Part shown: piece by piece, positions 15,438-22,878 of the stretch
Numbering within the stretch: the first letter of the stretch is position 1
Layout: each line of letters begins with the position of its first letter
NCBI RefSeq assembly: GCF_051020825.1
Contig: NZ_JAXGFQ010000009.1
Coordinates: forward strand, 42,387-66,386
Direction: 5' to 3'
From: Moorella naiadis (nom. illeg.)
Lineage (GTDB): Bacteria > Bacillota > DSM-521 > Neomoorellales > Neomoorellaceae
Length of the DNA stretch: 24,000 nucleotides
Program-made: the position numbers and the translations under genes
The notes under the pieces: generated by a model
Seen by the model: the letters and a program-made list of their open reading frames with translations, nothing else
The model's database searches: none
Told to the model about the DNA's origin: nothing

Positions 15438-16256
15438 GTGGGTGTGTTCGGTGAAATCGAACCAGAAACTATTATCAATGCTGCCATTGAACTCTTAAAA
15501 AAAGAGGGACGGGTCGACCTGCAATGGAACGAGATTTCCGCTTTAACCCGAGACCTTTGCCTGGCCCTGGCGGCAGATATTGAGCAGCCCGCTTTTACGA
15601 CGGCGGAGCTGGAGAAAGAAATCACAGATAAAGTTAAGCTACTCTTTGCCCGGGGTTACCATATTGAAAACCTCCAGCTAATATTGGAAAAAATTCTGGA
15701 TAGCTTTATCGGGACTTTACAGGATCAGGGTACCGATCTCCAGGCAGCAGTACCTTATATAAGCACTGTGCGGGAACATATCTTTAAAGGAACGACCTTC
15801 TTGTTACGAACAGCCCTACAGACCCAGCGCGAGGTTATCGAGAAGCAAAACGAAGCTTTAATGGAGCTGTCTACTCCGGTCATCCCTTTAATGCAGGACA
15901 TCCTTTTGCTGCCGTTAATCGGCACCATCGATACCCGCCGGGCCAAAGAGATAATGGATAATCTCTTAGCAGGCATCGTCCAATACCAGGCCGAGGTTGC
16001 CCTGATCGACATCAGCGGCGTGCCGGTGGTAGATACCCAGGTAGCCCATCACTTGATCAAAACCGTCAAGGCCGCCAGGCTTTTAGGCAGCCGCTGTATC
16101 TTAGTCGGCATCAGGCCGGAACTGGCCCAGACAATTGTCCGCCTGGGGATTGACTTCCAGGATATTATCACTAAAAACAACCTCCAGGCCGGGCTGGTAC
16201 TGGCTTTTCGCTGGCTGGGTTATAAGCTGGAGCGGGTGGAACGGGATGATGCATAA
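15438..16256 (+). CDS. rsbR: RsbR-like stressosome sensor (N-terminal sensory domain + STAS)
   Basis: RBS is AAGGAGGaaaaagtcGTG. A C-terminal STAS domain is present (LLLPLIGTIDTRRAKEIMDNLLAGIVQYQAEVALIDISGVPVVDTQVAHHLIKTVKAARLLGSRCILVGIRPELAQTIVRLGIDF). It is the first gene of an overlapping operon. Confidence 0.88.
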   Translation: MGVFGEIEPETIINAAIELLKKEGRVDLQWNEISALTRDLCLALAADIEQPAFTTAELEKEITDKVKLLFARGYHIENLQLILEKILDSFIGTLQDQGTDLQAAVPYISTVREHIFKGTTFLLRTALQTQREVIEKQNEALMELSTPVIPLMQDILLLPLIGTIDTRRAKEIMDNLLAGIVQYQAEVALIDISGVPVVDTQVAHHLIKTVKAARLLGSRCILVGIRPELAQTIVRLGIDFQDIITKNNLQAGLVLAFRWLGYKLERVERDDA

Positions 16257-16620
16257 CCGGGTACCCATCCTTAAAGTAGATAATTTCTGGCTGGTGACCA
16301 TTGAAGAAACCCTTCACGACCAGAGTGTTATCCAGTTTAAGGAGGATTTATTATATAATATCACCCGGGATGCCGGCGCGGGCCTGGTGATTGATATCAG
16401 TGCCCTGGAAGTGGTGGACAGTTTCGTGACCAGGGTCCTCATGGAGATCGGCAGGCTGGCCGGGTTGCTGGGCCTGCCCTTTGTCCTGACGGGCATCAAC
16501 CCGGCGGTAGCCATTACTTTAACGGAGATGGGCCTGGATCTCCAGGGTATGGCCACGGCTTTGAACTTGCAAAAGGGCCTGGATATGTTAAAAGGTAGGG
16601 CCAGGGGGGAGCCAAAATGA
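16246..16620 (+). CDS. rsbS: RsbS-like STAS-domain stressosome scaffold protein
   Basis: ATGATG at 16246/16249 overlaps the rsbR stop. It is a single STAS domain of about 124 aa (VPILKVDNFWLVTIEETL..., VIDISALEVVDSFVTRVL..., VLTGINPAVAITLTEMG). The ORF-track start at 16135 is an in-frame extension inside rsbR. Confidence 0.88.
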   Translation: MMHNRVPILKVDNFWLVTIEETLHDQSVIQFKEDLLYNITRDAGAGLVIDISALEVVDSFVTRVLMEIGRLAGLLGLPFVLTGINPAVAITLTEMGLDLQGMATALNLQKGLDMLKGRARGEPK

Positions 16621-17024
16621 CATCTGGGCAAACCCTCCCCATCACCAGCGAATATGATATAATTACGGCCCGGCAGGCAGCCCGGGAACTGGCCCGGCAA
16701 ATAGGCTTCAACACAGTGGACCAGGTGCGGATAGCCACGGCCGTCTCGGAACTGACTCGCAACGTGATCCTTTACGCCGGTTCCGGCAAGGTGGATATAG
16801 AAGCGGTAGCCGAGGGAGAACGCCAGGGCATCGTGATTACCGTCAGCGACCGAGGGCCAGGCATCGCCGATATCGAGCAGGCTTTAAGGGACGGCTATTC
16901 GACCAGTAATGGCCTGGGTGCGGGCCTCTCTGGAGCTAAGCGACTAATGGATACCTTTGACATAGAATCCCGGGCCGGCCGGGGTACCACTATCAGGATT
17001 GGGAAGTGGAAGCACTGGAAGTAG
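16617..17024 (+). CDS. rsbT: RsbT-like serine/threonine kinase (HATPase_c, anti-sigma regulatory factor family)
   Basis: ATGA overlap with rsbS. Motifs present: ATAVSELTRNVILYAG, DRGPGIADIEQALRDGYSTSNGLGAGLSGAKRLMD. Confidence 0.88.
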   Translation: MTSGQTLPITSEYDIITARQAARELARQIGFNTVDQVRIATAVSELTRNVILYAGSGKVDIEAVAEGERQGIVITVSDRGPGIADIEQALRDGYSTSNGLGAGLSGAKRLMDTFDIESRAGRGTTIRIGKWKHWK

Positions 17025-17584
17025 GAATTTATACCCGGGCCAGGGAAGGGGAATTCACCTGCGGTGATGCCTGCCTGGTCAAGGACGAAGCAGGTATTCT
17101 TAATCTGGCCGTAGTTGACGGTATTGGCCACGGACCAGAAGCCGCCCGGGCTGCGGCTGAAGCTATTGCTTGCCTGGAAACCGGCCTGGATGTCGGCCTG
17201 GAAAATATATTCCGGCGTTGTCATCAAAGGTTAATAGGGACCAGGGGAGCCGTTGCCGCCCTGTGCCAGGTTGATAAAAAAGGGGGCCTTTGGCAGGCAG
17301 CCGTTGTAGGTAATATCCTTTTACAGATCCTGGCCGGCAAGATAGTAACCCCTTTAACTACTCCTGGTATCCTGGGTTATAATTACCCGCGCCGGCTTTT
17401 AATTCATCGGGGGCCATATCAGGAGGGGGATCTTTTTTTAATCCACTCGGACGGTATTCAGGAAGGCGCGGTCTCTCCGGCCGCTTTAGTGAATTCCCCC
17501 CTTCCCCCGCAGGAACTGGCCCGGCTAATAGGGGAAGGTTACGGCCGCCGGGATGATGACGTCGCCGTTATAGTTGCCAGGTAA
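17006..17584 (+). CDS. rsbX: RsbX-like PP2C/SpoIIE-family phosphatase
   Basis: GTG start overlaps the rsbT end by 19 nt. PP2C-like motifs present: CGDACLV, VVDGIGHGPEAA, LIHSDGI, DDDVAVIV. Confidence 0.85.
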   Translation: MEALEVGIYTRAREGEFTCGDACLVKDEAGILNLAVVDGIGHGPEAARAAAEAIACLETGLDVGLENIFRRCHQRLIGTRGAVAALCQVDKKGGLWQAAVVGNILLQILAGKIVTPLTTPGILGYNYPRRLLIHRGPYQEGDLFLIHSDGIQEGAVSPAALVNSPLPPQELARLIGEGYGRRDDDVAVIVAR

Positions 17585-18900
17585 TGGAGGGCGAGCCCGC
17601 AATGGAAATAAAATGGCAGGAAGCCTACCTCGAGCTCTTACGGCAATATAGCCGGCAGCAGAGCGAAGCCATCCTCTATGAAGCCTCAAAATTGAGCAAA
17701 GCGCTGGTTGAGAGGGGCGTTGGTCCTGAAGATCTAGTCCAATTTCACTTGGAAGCCCTGGAAGGACTCTTCAGGGATATCTCCCCCTTGCGGGTACCGG
17801 GCCTGATTCTCATGTCCTTCGACCTGCTTCTGGAAGTAATGATGGCTTACGCCCTCAGTTTTCGGGAATACCTGGAGGTAAAAGATAAACTCATTGCGCG
17901 TCTGGAAACCTTTAATCAAGAATTAACTGCCGCCAACAGCAACCTGGAAACGAAAGTGCAAGAGCTTACGGTAATCCAGGATATGACCAGGGAATTGGGT
18001 GCCTGTTTGGACCTGGAGCTGACAGCCAGAATTATTACCCGGCACCTGCGGGAGCTGTTCCACTGCACCGGCGGATTGTACCTGGTCAATGGCAGCGGCG
18101 AATGGCAAGGTTATACCCTGGAAGAAACCCTGGTGCATAGTGCCCCGCCGGGAGATCTGGCAGCCGGAGCCAGACAATCGGCCAGGCTAGCAGGGCGAGA
18201 CTTGACCCTGCCCTTGGTCATCGGCCAGGAGGTTGGCGGCGCCGTCTTTTTACAAAAAGAAGGAGGATTTAGCGCCGACGAGGTCCGGTTGGCGGAGATC
18301 ATCGCCGGTTATGCCGCCTTGGCCGTTGAGCGCGCCCAGCTGTACGAAGCCATGAAACGCCAAGCCACCATTGACGCCAAGACGGGTTTATATAACTACC
18401 AGCATATGATGGAGTTGCTAGAAAAAGAGCTGGCCCGCGCCCGGCGTTACCAGCGTACCTTTACCTTAGCCATGCTCGATATCGATGACTTTAAGGTTTA
18501 TAACGACACTCACGGCCACCGGCAGGGAGACAAAACCCTCCAAAGAATAGCAGCCATCATCCAATCCAGCATCCGGGAGGTCGATATAGCAGCGCGTTAC
18601 GGCGGCGAAGAATTTGTCATGATCATGCCAGAAACTAATACCCTGGAAGCAACTGCTGTAACCGAAAGGGTACGCCGGAATATCATGAACGCCGCTATCG
18701 ATAATGAGGGCTGCGGTCCGGGCCGGGTGTTGACGGTGAGTATCGGGCTGGCCACCTACCCTCTGGATGCCGCCACAATCGGGGAGTTGATTGATGCTGC
18801 CGACAGCGCCCTCTACATGGCCAAGGCACAGGGGAAAAACACGGTCCGAGTGTTCGGTAAAGCTGACAGGTGGCGATCTGATAAGGAAAGGGTCTTTTAG
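17584..18900 (+). CDS. Diguanylate cyclase: RsbU_N-like N-terminal domain, coiled coil, GAF-like, GGDEF
   Basis: TAATG overlap with rsbX. The N-terminus is RsbU-N-like (YLELLRQYSRQQSEAILYEASKLSKALVERGVGPEDLVQFHLEAL). The GGEEF active site is at 18601-18615. An RxxD I-site (REVD, 18574-18585) lies 5 residues upstream. Confidence 0.92.
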   Translation: MEGEPAMEIKWQEAYLELLRQYSRQQSEAILYEASKLSKALVERGVGPEDLVQFHLEALEGLFRDISPLRVPGLILMSFDLLLEVMMAYALSFREYLEVKDKLIARLETFNQELTAANSNLETKVQELTVIQDMTRELGACLDLELTARIITRHLRELFHCTGGLYLVNGSGEWQGYTLEETLVHSAPPGDLAAGARQSARLAGRDLTLPLVIGQEVGGAVFLQKEGGFSADEVRLAEIIAGYAALAVERAQLYEAMKRQATIDAKTGLYNYQHMMELLEKELARARRYQRTFTLAMLDIDDFKVYNDTHGHRQGDKTLQRIAAIIQSSIREVDIAARYGGEEFVMIMPETNTLEATAVTERVRRNIMNAAIDNEGCGPGRVLTVSIGLATYPLDAATIGELIDAADSALYMAKAQGKNTVRVFGKADRWRSDKERVF

Positions 18901-18930
18901 CCAGGGGACAGCAATATGGCTGTCCCCTGG
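18901..18930. terminator. Perfect 12-bp hairpin after the GGDEF gene
   Basis: CCAGGGGACAGC - aatatg - GCTGTCCCCTGG begins immediately after the stop. The downstream T-tract is weak (CTTTAAT), so terminator efficiency is uncertain. Confidence 0.55.
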
Positions 18931-18974
18931 CTTTAATACTGGGTTAAGGTGACTTAGGGAAACAGCGATTAATT

Positions 18975-19493
18975 TCGCTTAAAAGTGATGCTGTAAAAAT
19001 TGATGTAGGATGGAGGATTTAGGTAAAACGTGTCGAATAAAAAATATGCAATAAATACCAATAAAGAGGGCGAAATAATGCTATTAAGCCCCACTAATCC
19101 CAGTAACTTCCGGGGGGGGGGGGGGTATATTTTACCATCCCTACCAGAAAAAATAAATCCCCCATGCCTGGATGTATTCGTTTTTCCTTCCCTATGCTTC
19201 ATATCCGGCGCAAGAACTACTCCCTCAACGCTGCAAGCACCCTCCGGCCTGTCTGCTTACCCGCGGTTGCAAGGCCATATCTTGCCTTCTACCCGTGCTA
19301 ATTTCCCAAGCGCGGATCATTCCCTTTTACGCTCTTTATATCCTTTACGGTCGCCCCCTGGTCGAGACTACCCTCATAAGCACCGGCTGCTCTTAAACAC
19401 TATTACTTTACGCATCTTTAACCTAGATGTAGCATAGCAGCTGAAGTCAAACCTTTTAACATCGCACCCAGGGGGGTCTGGCCATGAGCAAAG
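18975..19493. repeat. Copy B of the diverged low-GC element with an internal poly-G tract
   Basis: It shares the same ordered conserved blocks as 7505-7935 (see copy A). Its right end includes the RBS and ATG of the HD-GYP gene (CAGGGGGgtctgGCCATGAGCA, versus CAGGAGGcaatGCCATGAGCA in copy A). Confidence 0.8.
19112..19125 (+). repeat. Homopolymeric tract G14 (C14 on minus strand)
   Basis: Counted directly: acttcc + 14 G + tatatttt. Confidence 0.99.
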
Positions 19494-20494
19494 ATAGTAG
19501 TTTTATGGGCGCAAGGATTGTTCCCAGATTAACAATCAACTATCTAGTCTTGCCAAACCCTACAGTGAGAATATTTTTACGGGGTACAGCTTTCCTTTTA
19601 TTAATGGTCGTTACGATGTTGAACTATCACGTTCGGAACCTGCCGGCCCAGATTATCATCGATTTTCTGTACCTTATTCCGATAACCGTAGCCGCAATGA
19701 ATTCCTTCATTGATGGCCTGGTAACCGCCCTGGCGGCAGGTTACCTGCGTCTCTTTATCAACCCGGTGACCTTTTCCTTCCTCAAAGCTACTGATTATGT
19801 TGATTTGATTATAGTTTTAGGCTTTTACCTGCTGGACCCCGTGCTGGTAGAACTATTAAGGCGTCTCGCCCGGCAGCGGCGACAACTGGGCCAAAACCTG
19901 TATATTACTACGGCCGCCCTGCTGGAGGCATTACATCTGCGTGACCAGTATACCGGCCGGCACTCGCGCCAGGTAGCTGGTTATGCCCGCCGGCTGGCCG
20001 CCGCTTTAGATTTACCCCGGGATTATCAAGAGAGCCTGTACCTGGCCGGATTACTCCATGACATCGGGAAAATTGGCATTAATGACGCCTGCTTGAATAA
20101 ACCAGGGCGGTTGACGCCGGAGGAATGGCAAGCTATCCGCCGCCACCCGCAGTTAAGCTACAATATAGTAAAAAAGGTTGATAAAATCGAAGAAGGGATT
20201 GCCCGGGCAGTCCTTTATCACCACGAACGCTATGACGGCCGGGGCTACCCCCAAGGGCTGAAGGGAGAGGCTATTCCCCTAGAAGCACGTATCTTAAGTG
20301 TAGCCGATTGCTATGACGCCATGACTACCAACCGGGTTTACCGGCCCGCCCTGACCCCGGTTGAGGCTGTCAGGGAGTTAAAGCGTTGCGCCGGTAGCCA
20401 GTTTGATCCGCAAATAGTGGATGTTTTTTGCCGTATCCTGGCCGCAGATGGTCTTAATCAAGATCATAAAGATAAAGCCCACGATCTTTGCTAA
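19484..20494 (+). CDS. Membrane-anchored HD-GYP domain c-di-GMP phosphodiesterase
   Basis: The N-terminal third is hydrophobic with 3-4 TM segments. HD-GYP motifs HDIGKIGI and HHERYDGRGYP are present. ATG 19484 is preceded by a G-rich RBS (GGGGGG at 19471-19476). Confidence 0.9.
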   Translation: MSKDSSFMGARIVPRLTINYLVLPNPTVRIFLRGTAFLLLMVVTMLNYHVRNLPAQIIIDFLYLIPITVAAMNSFIDGLVTALAAGYLRLFINPVTFSFLKATDYVDLIIVLGFYLLDPVLVELLRRLARQRRQLGQNLYITTAALLEALHLRDQYTGRHSRQVAGYARRLAAALDLPRDYQESLYLAGLLHDIGKIGINDACLNKPGRLTPEEWQAIRRHPQLSYNIVKKVDKIEEGIARAVLYHHERYDGRGYPQGLKGEAIPLEARILSVADCYDAMTTNRVYRPALTPVEAVRELKRCAGSQFDPQIVDVFCRILAADGLNQDHKDKAHDLC

Positions 20495-20534
20495 TGGTTT
20501 CATCCCGACTATACCTGACTGGAAAAAATTAAGC

Positions 20535-20566
20535 AAAACCTGTTGACCCCGGCAGGTTTTTTCATC
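20535..20566 (+). terminator. Probable Rho-independent terminator
   Basis: AAAACCTG ... CAGGTTTT forms a stem with a 10-nt loop, followed by a T-run (20557-20562) and further T-rich sequence. Confidence 0.45.
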
Positions 20567-20649
20567 TTTTTTTAATGAAAAGATGTTACTATAGATAGCT
20601 GAGATAGTAAAGTGGCTAAAAAAGCTGGAGAAAAGGGGAGGCGGTGAGG

Positions 20650-21330
20650 TTGCGCATCCTGATCGTTGAAGATGAGACTACCCTGGCCAACACCCTGGCC
20701 CGTTGCCTGCGGGAGGAAGGCTACGCCGCTGATATAGCCTACGACGGCGAGGAAGGGGTGGCCTTTGCGGAAACGGTTCTTTATGACCTGATAATCCTGG
20801 ACCTCATGTTGCCCCGGCTGGATGGCATGGAGGTTATCCGGCGTCTGCGCAATGAGCGCATCCAGGCCCCGGTCCTCATGCTTACGGCCCGGGATACGGT
20901 GGCCGACAAGGTCAAGGGGCTGGATGCCGGGGCCGATGATTACCTGACCAAGCCATTTGCTTTGGCCGAGCTCCTGGCCCGCGTCCGCGCCTTGTTACGG
21001 CGGGAGAGTGAGAATAAGAGCACTGTCCTGCAGGTTGGAGACCTAACTATGGATACTGTCTCTCGCCAGGTACGCCGGGGTGAGAAGGAAATTAACCTGA
21101 CCAACAAGGAGTACGCCCTGCTGGAATACCTGATGCGTAATCCCAACCGGGTCCTTAACCGCACCCAGATCGCCGAGCACGTCTGGGATTATGACTTCAG
21201 CGGCATGTCTAACATAGTCGACGTCTACATCCGCTACCTGCGGCGTAAAATTGATGATAATTTTGAGCCCAAGTTACTATATACTTTTCGCGGCAGCGGC
21301 TATAGCCTGCGGGAACCAACCTTAGACTAG
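20650..21330 (+). CDS. OmpR-family response regulator (REC + winged-helix DNA binding)
   Basis: GGAGG at 20637-20641 lies 8 nt before TTG 20650, giving MRILIVEDE. GTG 20644 is the longest-ORF alternative. REC (ILDLMLPRLDG, TKPF) and Trans_reg_C (LTNKEYALLEYLMRNPNRVLNRTQI..., TFRGSGYSL) are present. Confidence 0.92.
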   Translation: MRILIVEDETTLANTLARCLREEGYAADIAYDGEEGVAFAETVLYDLIILDLMLPRLDGMEVIRRLRNERIQAPVLMLTARDTVADKVKGLDAGADDYLTKPFALAELLARVRALLRRESENKSTVLQVGDLTMDTVSRQVRRGEKEINLTNKEYALLEYLMRNPNRVLNRTQIAEHVWDYDFSGMSNIVDVYIRYLRRKIDDNFEPKLLYTFRGSGYSLREPTLD

Positions 21331-21420
21331 ATGCCGCAGGAGCATTAGCGGCGCTGTCATGCAGGTACCAGGATTAAACATGCTTCGATTCCACAGGAGC
21401 GATTTTTAGGAGACTTAAAT

Positions 21421-22800
21421 TTGCGGCAGAGAATATTGGCCCGCCTGGGCGATATACCCCTGCGCTGGCGCCTCACGGCCTGGTACGTCCTGCTGCTGGC
21501 CGTTATCCTGGGCGGCTTCAGCGCTTTCATCTACATTAACATGTCCCTGAGCCTGAAAAAGGGGCTGGACGCCGTGCTGTTATCCCAGGGGGAACAGGTC
21601 TTAAGCAGCATGGATACCGAGAACGGGCGGCCGCGCCTGGACCCCAACCTGTCCCTCCTGCCGGGGACCTATTTCGCCTTTTACGACGCCAACGGCAAAA
21701 TCGTAAGTACCAACCTGCCGGCGGACTTGGCCGCCAGGATACCGGTGGCGGGCCTGGCGGGTAACCAGCCGGTTACGGTGGAGACCCCGGGGACCGAATG
21801 GCGGGTTTTGCTGGTTCCAGTCAGAGAACAGGGACAGCAAGCGTACCGGGTTCTGGTGGCGCGTTCCGAGGAAGAGGCCGAAAATCCCCTGGACCGCCTG
21901 TTATTATTTATCCTTATCGCCATTCCGTTAACCCTGGTGTTAGCGGCCGGCGGCGGCTTCTTCCTGGCCCGACGGGCCTTGAGCCCTATTGACCACATTG
22001 CCGCCAAGGCGCGCCGGATTAGCGCCACCGATTTGCAGCGGCGCCTGGACCTGCCCCACGGCAATGATGAAGTAGGGCGTCTGGTGGCTACCCTGGATGA
22101 GATGCTGGATCGCCTGGATCGGGCCTTCCAGCGCCAGCGGCAGTTTACTGCCGACGCCTCCCACGAGCTCCGCACCCCCTTGGCCGTCATCCGCAGCCAG
22201 GCCGAGGCGGTGTTGCAACGACGGCACTCGCCGGGGGAATACCGCCAGGCCCTGGAGGTCATTCGCGACCAGACGGAGTGGATGGGCAACCTGGTAGCGA
22301 AACTTCTCATCCTGGCCCGCAGCGACGACAGCCAGGAGCAACTGGAAAGGGAGCCCCTGGATTTAGGCGATCTGGTAGCTGGGGTGACGGCTGAATTCCA
22401 GGGGATGGCGGCAGATAAAGGGTTGTTGTTAAAGACGAGGATCAAGGATCAATTGAGTATCCAGGGCGACCAGACGCGCCTGACCCAGCTCCTGGCCAAT
22501 CTGGTGGAAAACGCCATCAAATATACGCCGGCTGGTGAGGTGATTATCACCCTGGAAAGGTCCGGCCGGGAGGCTTTGCTTCAGATCCAGGATACCGGGG
22601 TCGGCATCCCCGCGGAACACCTGCCCCATATCTTTGAGCGTTTCTACCGGGTTGATAAAGCCCGCTCCCGGGCCGAGGGCGGTTTCGGCCTGGGCCTGGC
22701 CATCTGCGACTGGATCGCCCGGGCCCACGGCGGCCGGATCACAGTGGAAAGCACCTTGGGGCGGGGGACAACCTTTAAGGTTCGGTTGCCCCTGGAGTGA
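21421..22800 (+). CDS. Sensor histidine kinase (2 TM, HAMP, HisKA, HATPase_c)
   Basis: RBS is AGGAGActtaaatTTG. TM1 is WYVLLLAVILGGFSAFIYI. A HAMP domain is present. Kinase boxes: H-box SHELRTPLAVI, N-box NLVENAIKYT, G1 DTGVGI, G2 GFGLGLAI. Confidence 0.9.
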   Translation: MRQRILARLGDIPLRWRLTAWYVLLLAVILGGFSAFIYINMSLSLKKGLDAVLLSQGEQVLSSMDTENGRPRLDPNLSLLPGTYFAFYDANGKIVSTNLPADLAARIPVAGLAGNQPVTVETPGTEWRVLLVPVREQGQQAYRVLVARSEEEAENPLDRLLLFILIAIPLTLVLAAGGGFFLARRALSPIDHIAAKARRISATDLQRRLDLPHGNDEVGRLVATLDEMLDRLDRAFQRQRQFTADASHELRTPLAVIRSQAEAVLQRRHSPGEYRQALEVIRDQTEWMGNLVAKLLILARSDDSQEQLEREPLDLGDLVAGVTAEFQGMAADKGLLLKTRIKDQLSIQGDQTRLTQLLANLVENAIKYTPAGEVIITLERSGREALLQIQDTGVGIPAEHLPHIFERFYRVDKARSRAEGGFGLGLAICDWIARAHGGRITVESTLGRGTTFKVRLPLE

Positions 22801-22878
22801 TAATAAGAACCTTTAAACCGGGTTTAATCTGCAAGTGTTATACTGGCTGGCGAAAATCGGGCAAAGGAAAGGGAAAAT

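Noticed and set aside
16135-16245. N-terminal extension of the RsbS ORF
   Set aside because: It lies wholly inside rsbR in another frame and is W/S/G-rich. ATG 16246/16249 gives the canonical STAS protein of about 120 aa and a typical overlap with the rsbR stop.
19030-19437. 135-aa plus-strand ORF across repeat copy B, and the 30-codon counterpart at 7596-7688 reading the poly-G as poly-Gly
   Set aside because: Only a short stretch around the tract is co-linear in frame (ML..S..N..GGGG.ILP..PEK), and most of its differences are non-synonymous. Further downstream, homologous nucleotides fall in different frames in the two copies. The composition is P/S/L/R-rich. I kept it as a caveat under the repeat findings rather than calling a gene.
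21681-22445. 254-aa minus-strand ORF, plus 21940-22341 and 22429-22728, antisense to the histidine kinase
   Set aside because: The translation is Arg/Ser/Pro-rich and low-complexity, which is typical of the antisense frame of a GC-rich gene. The plus-strand kinase has complete HAMP, HisKA and HATPase motifs.
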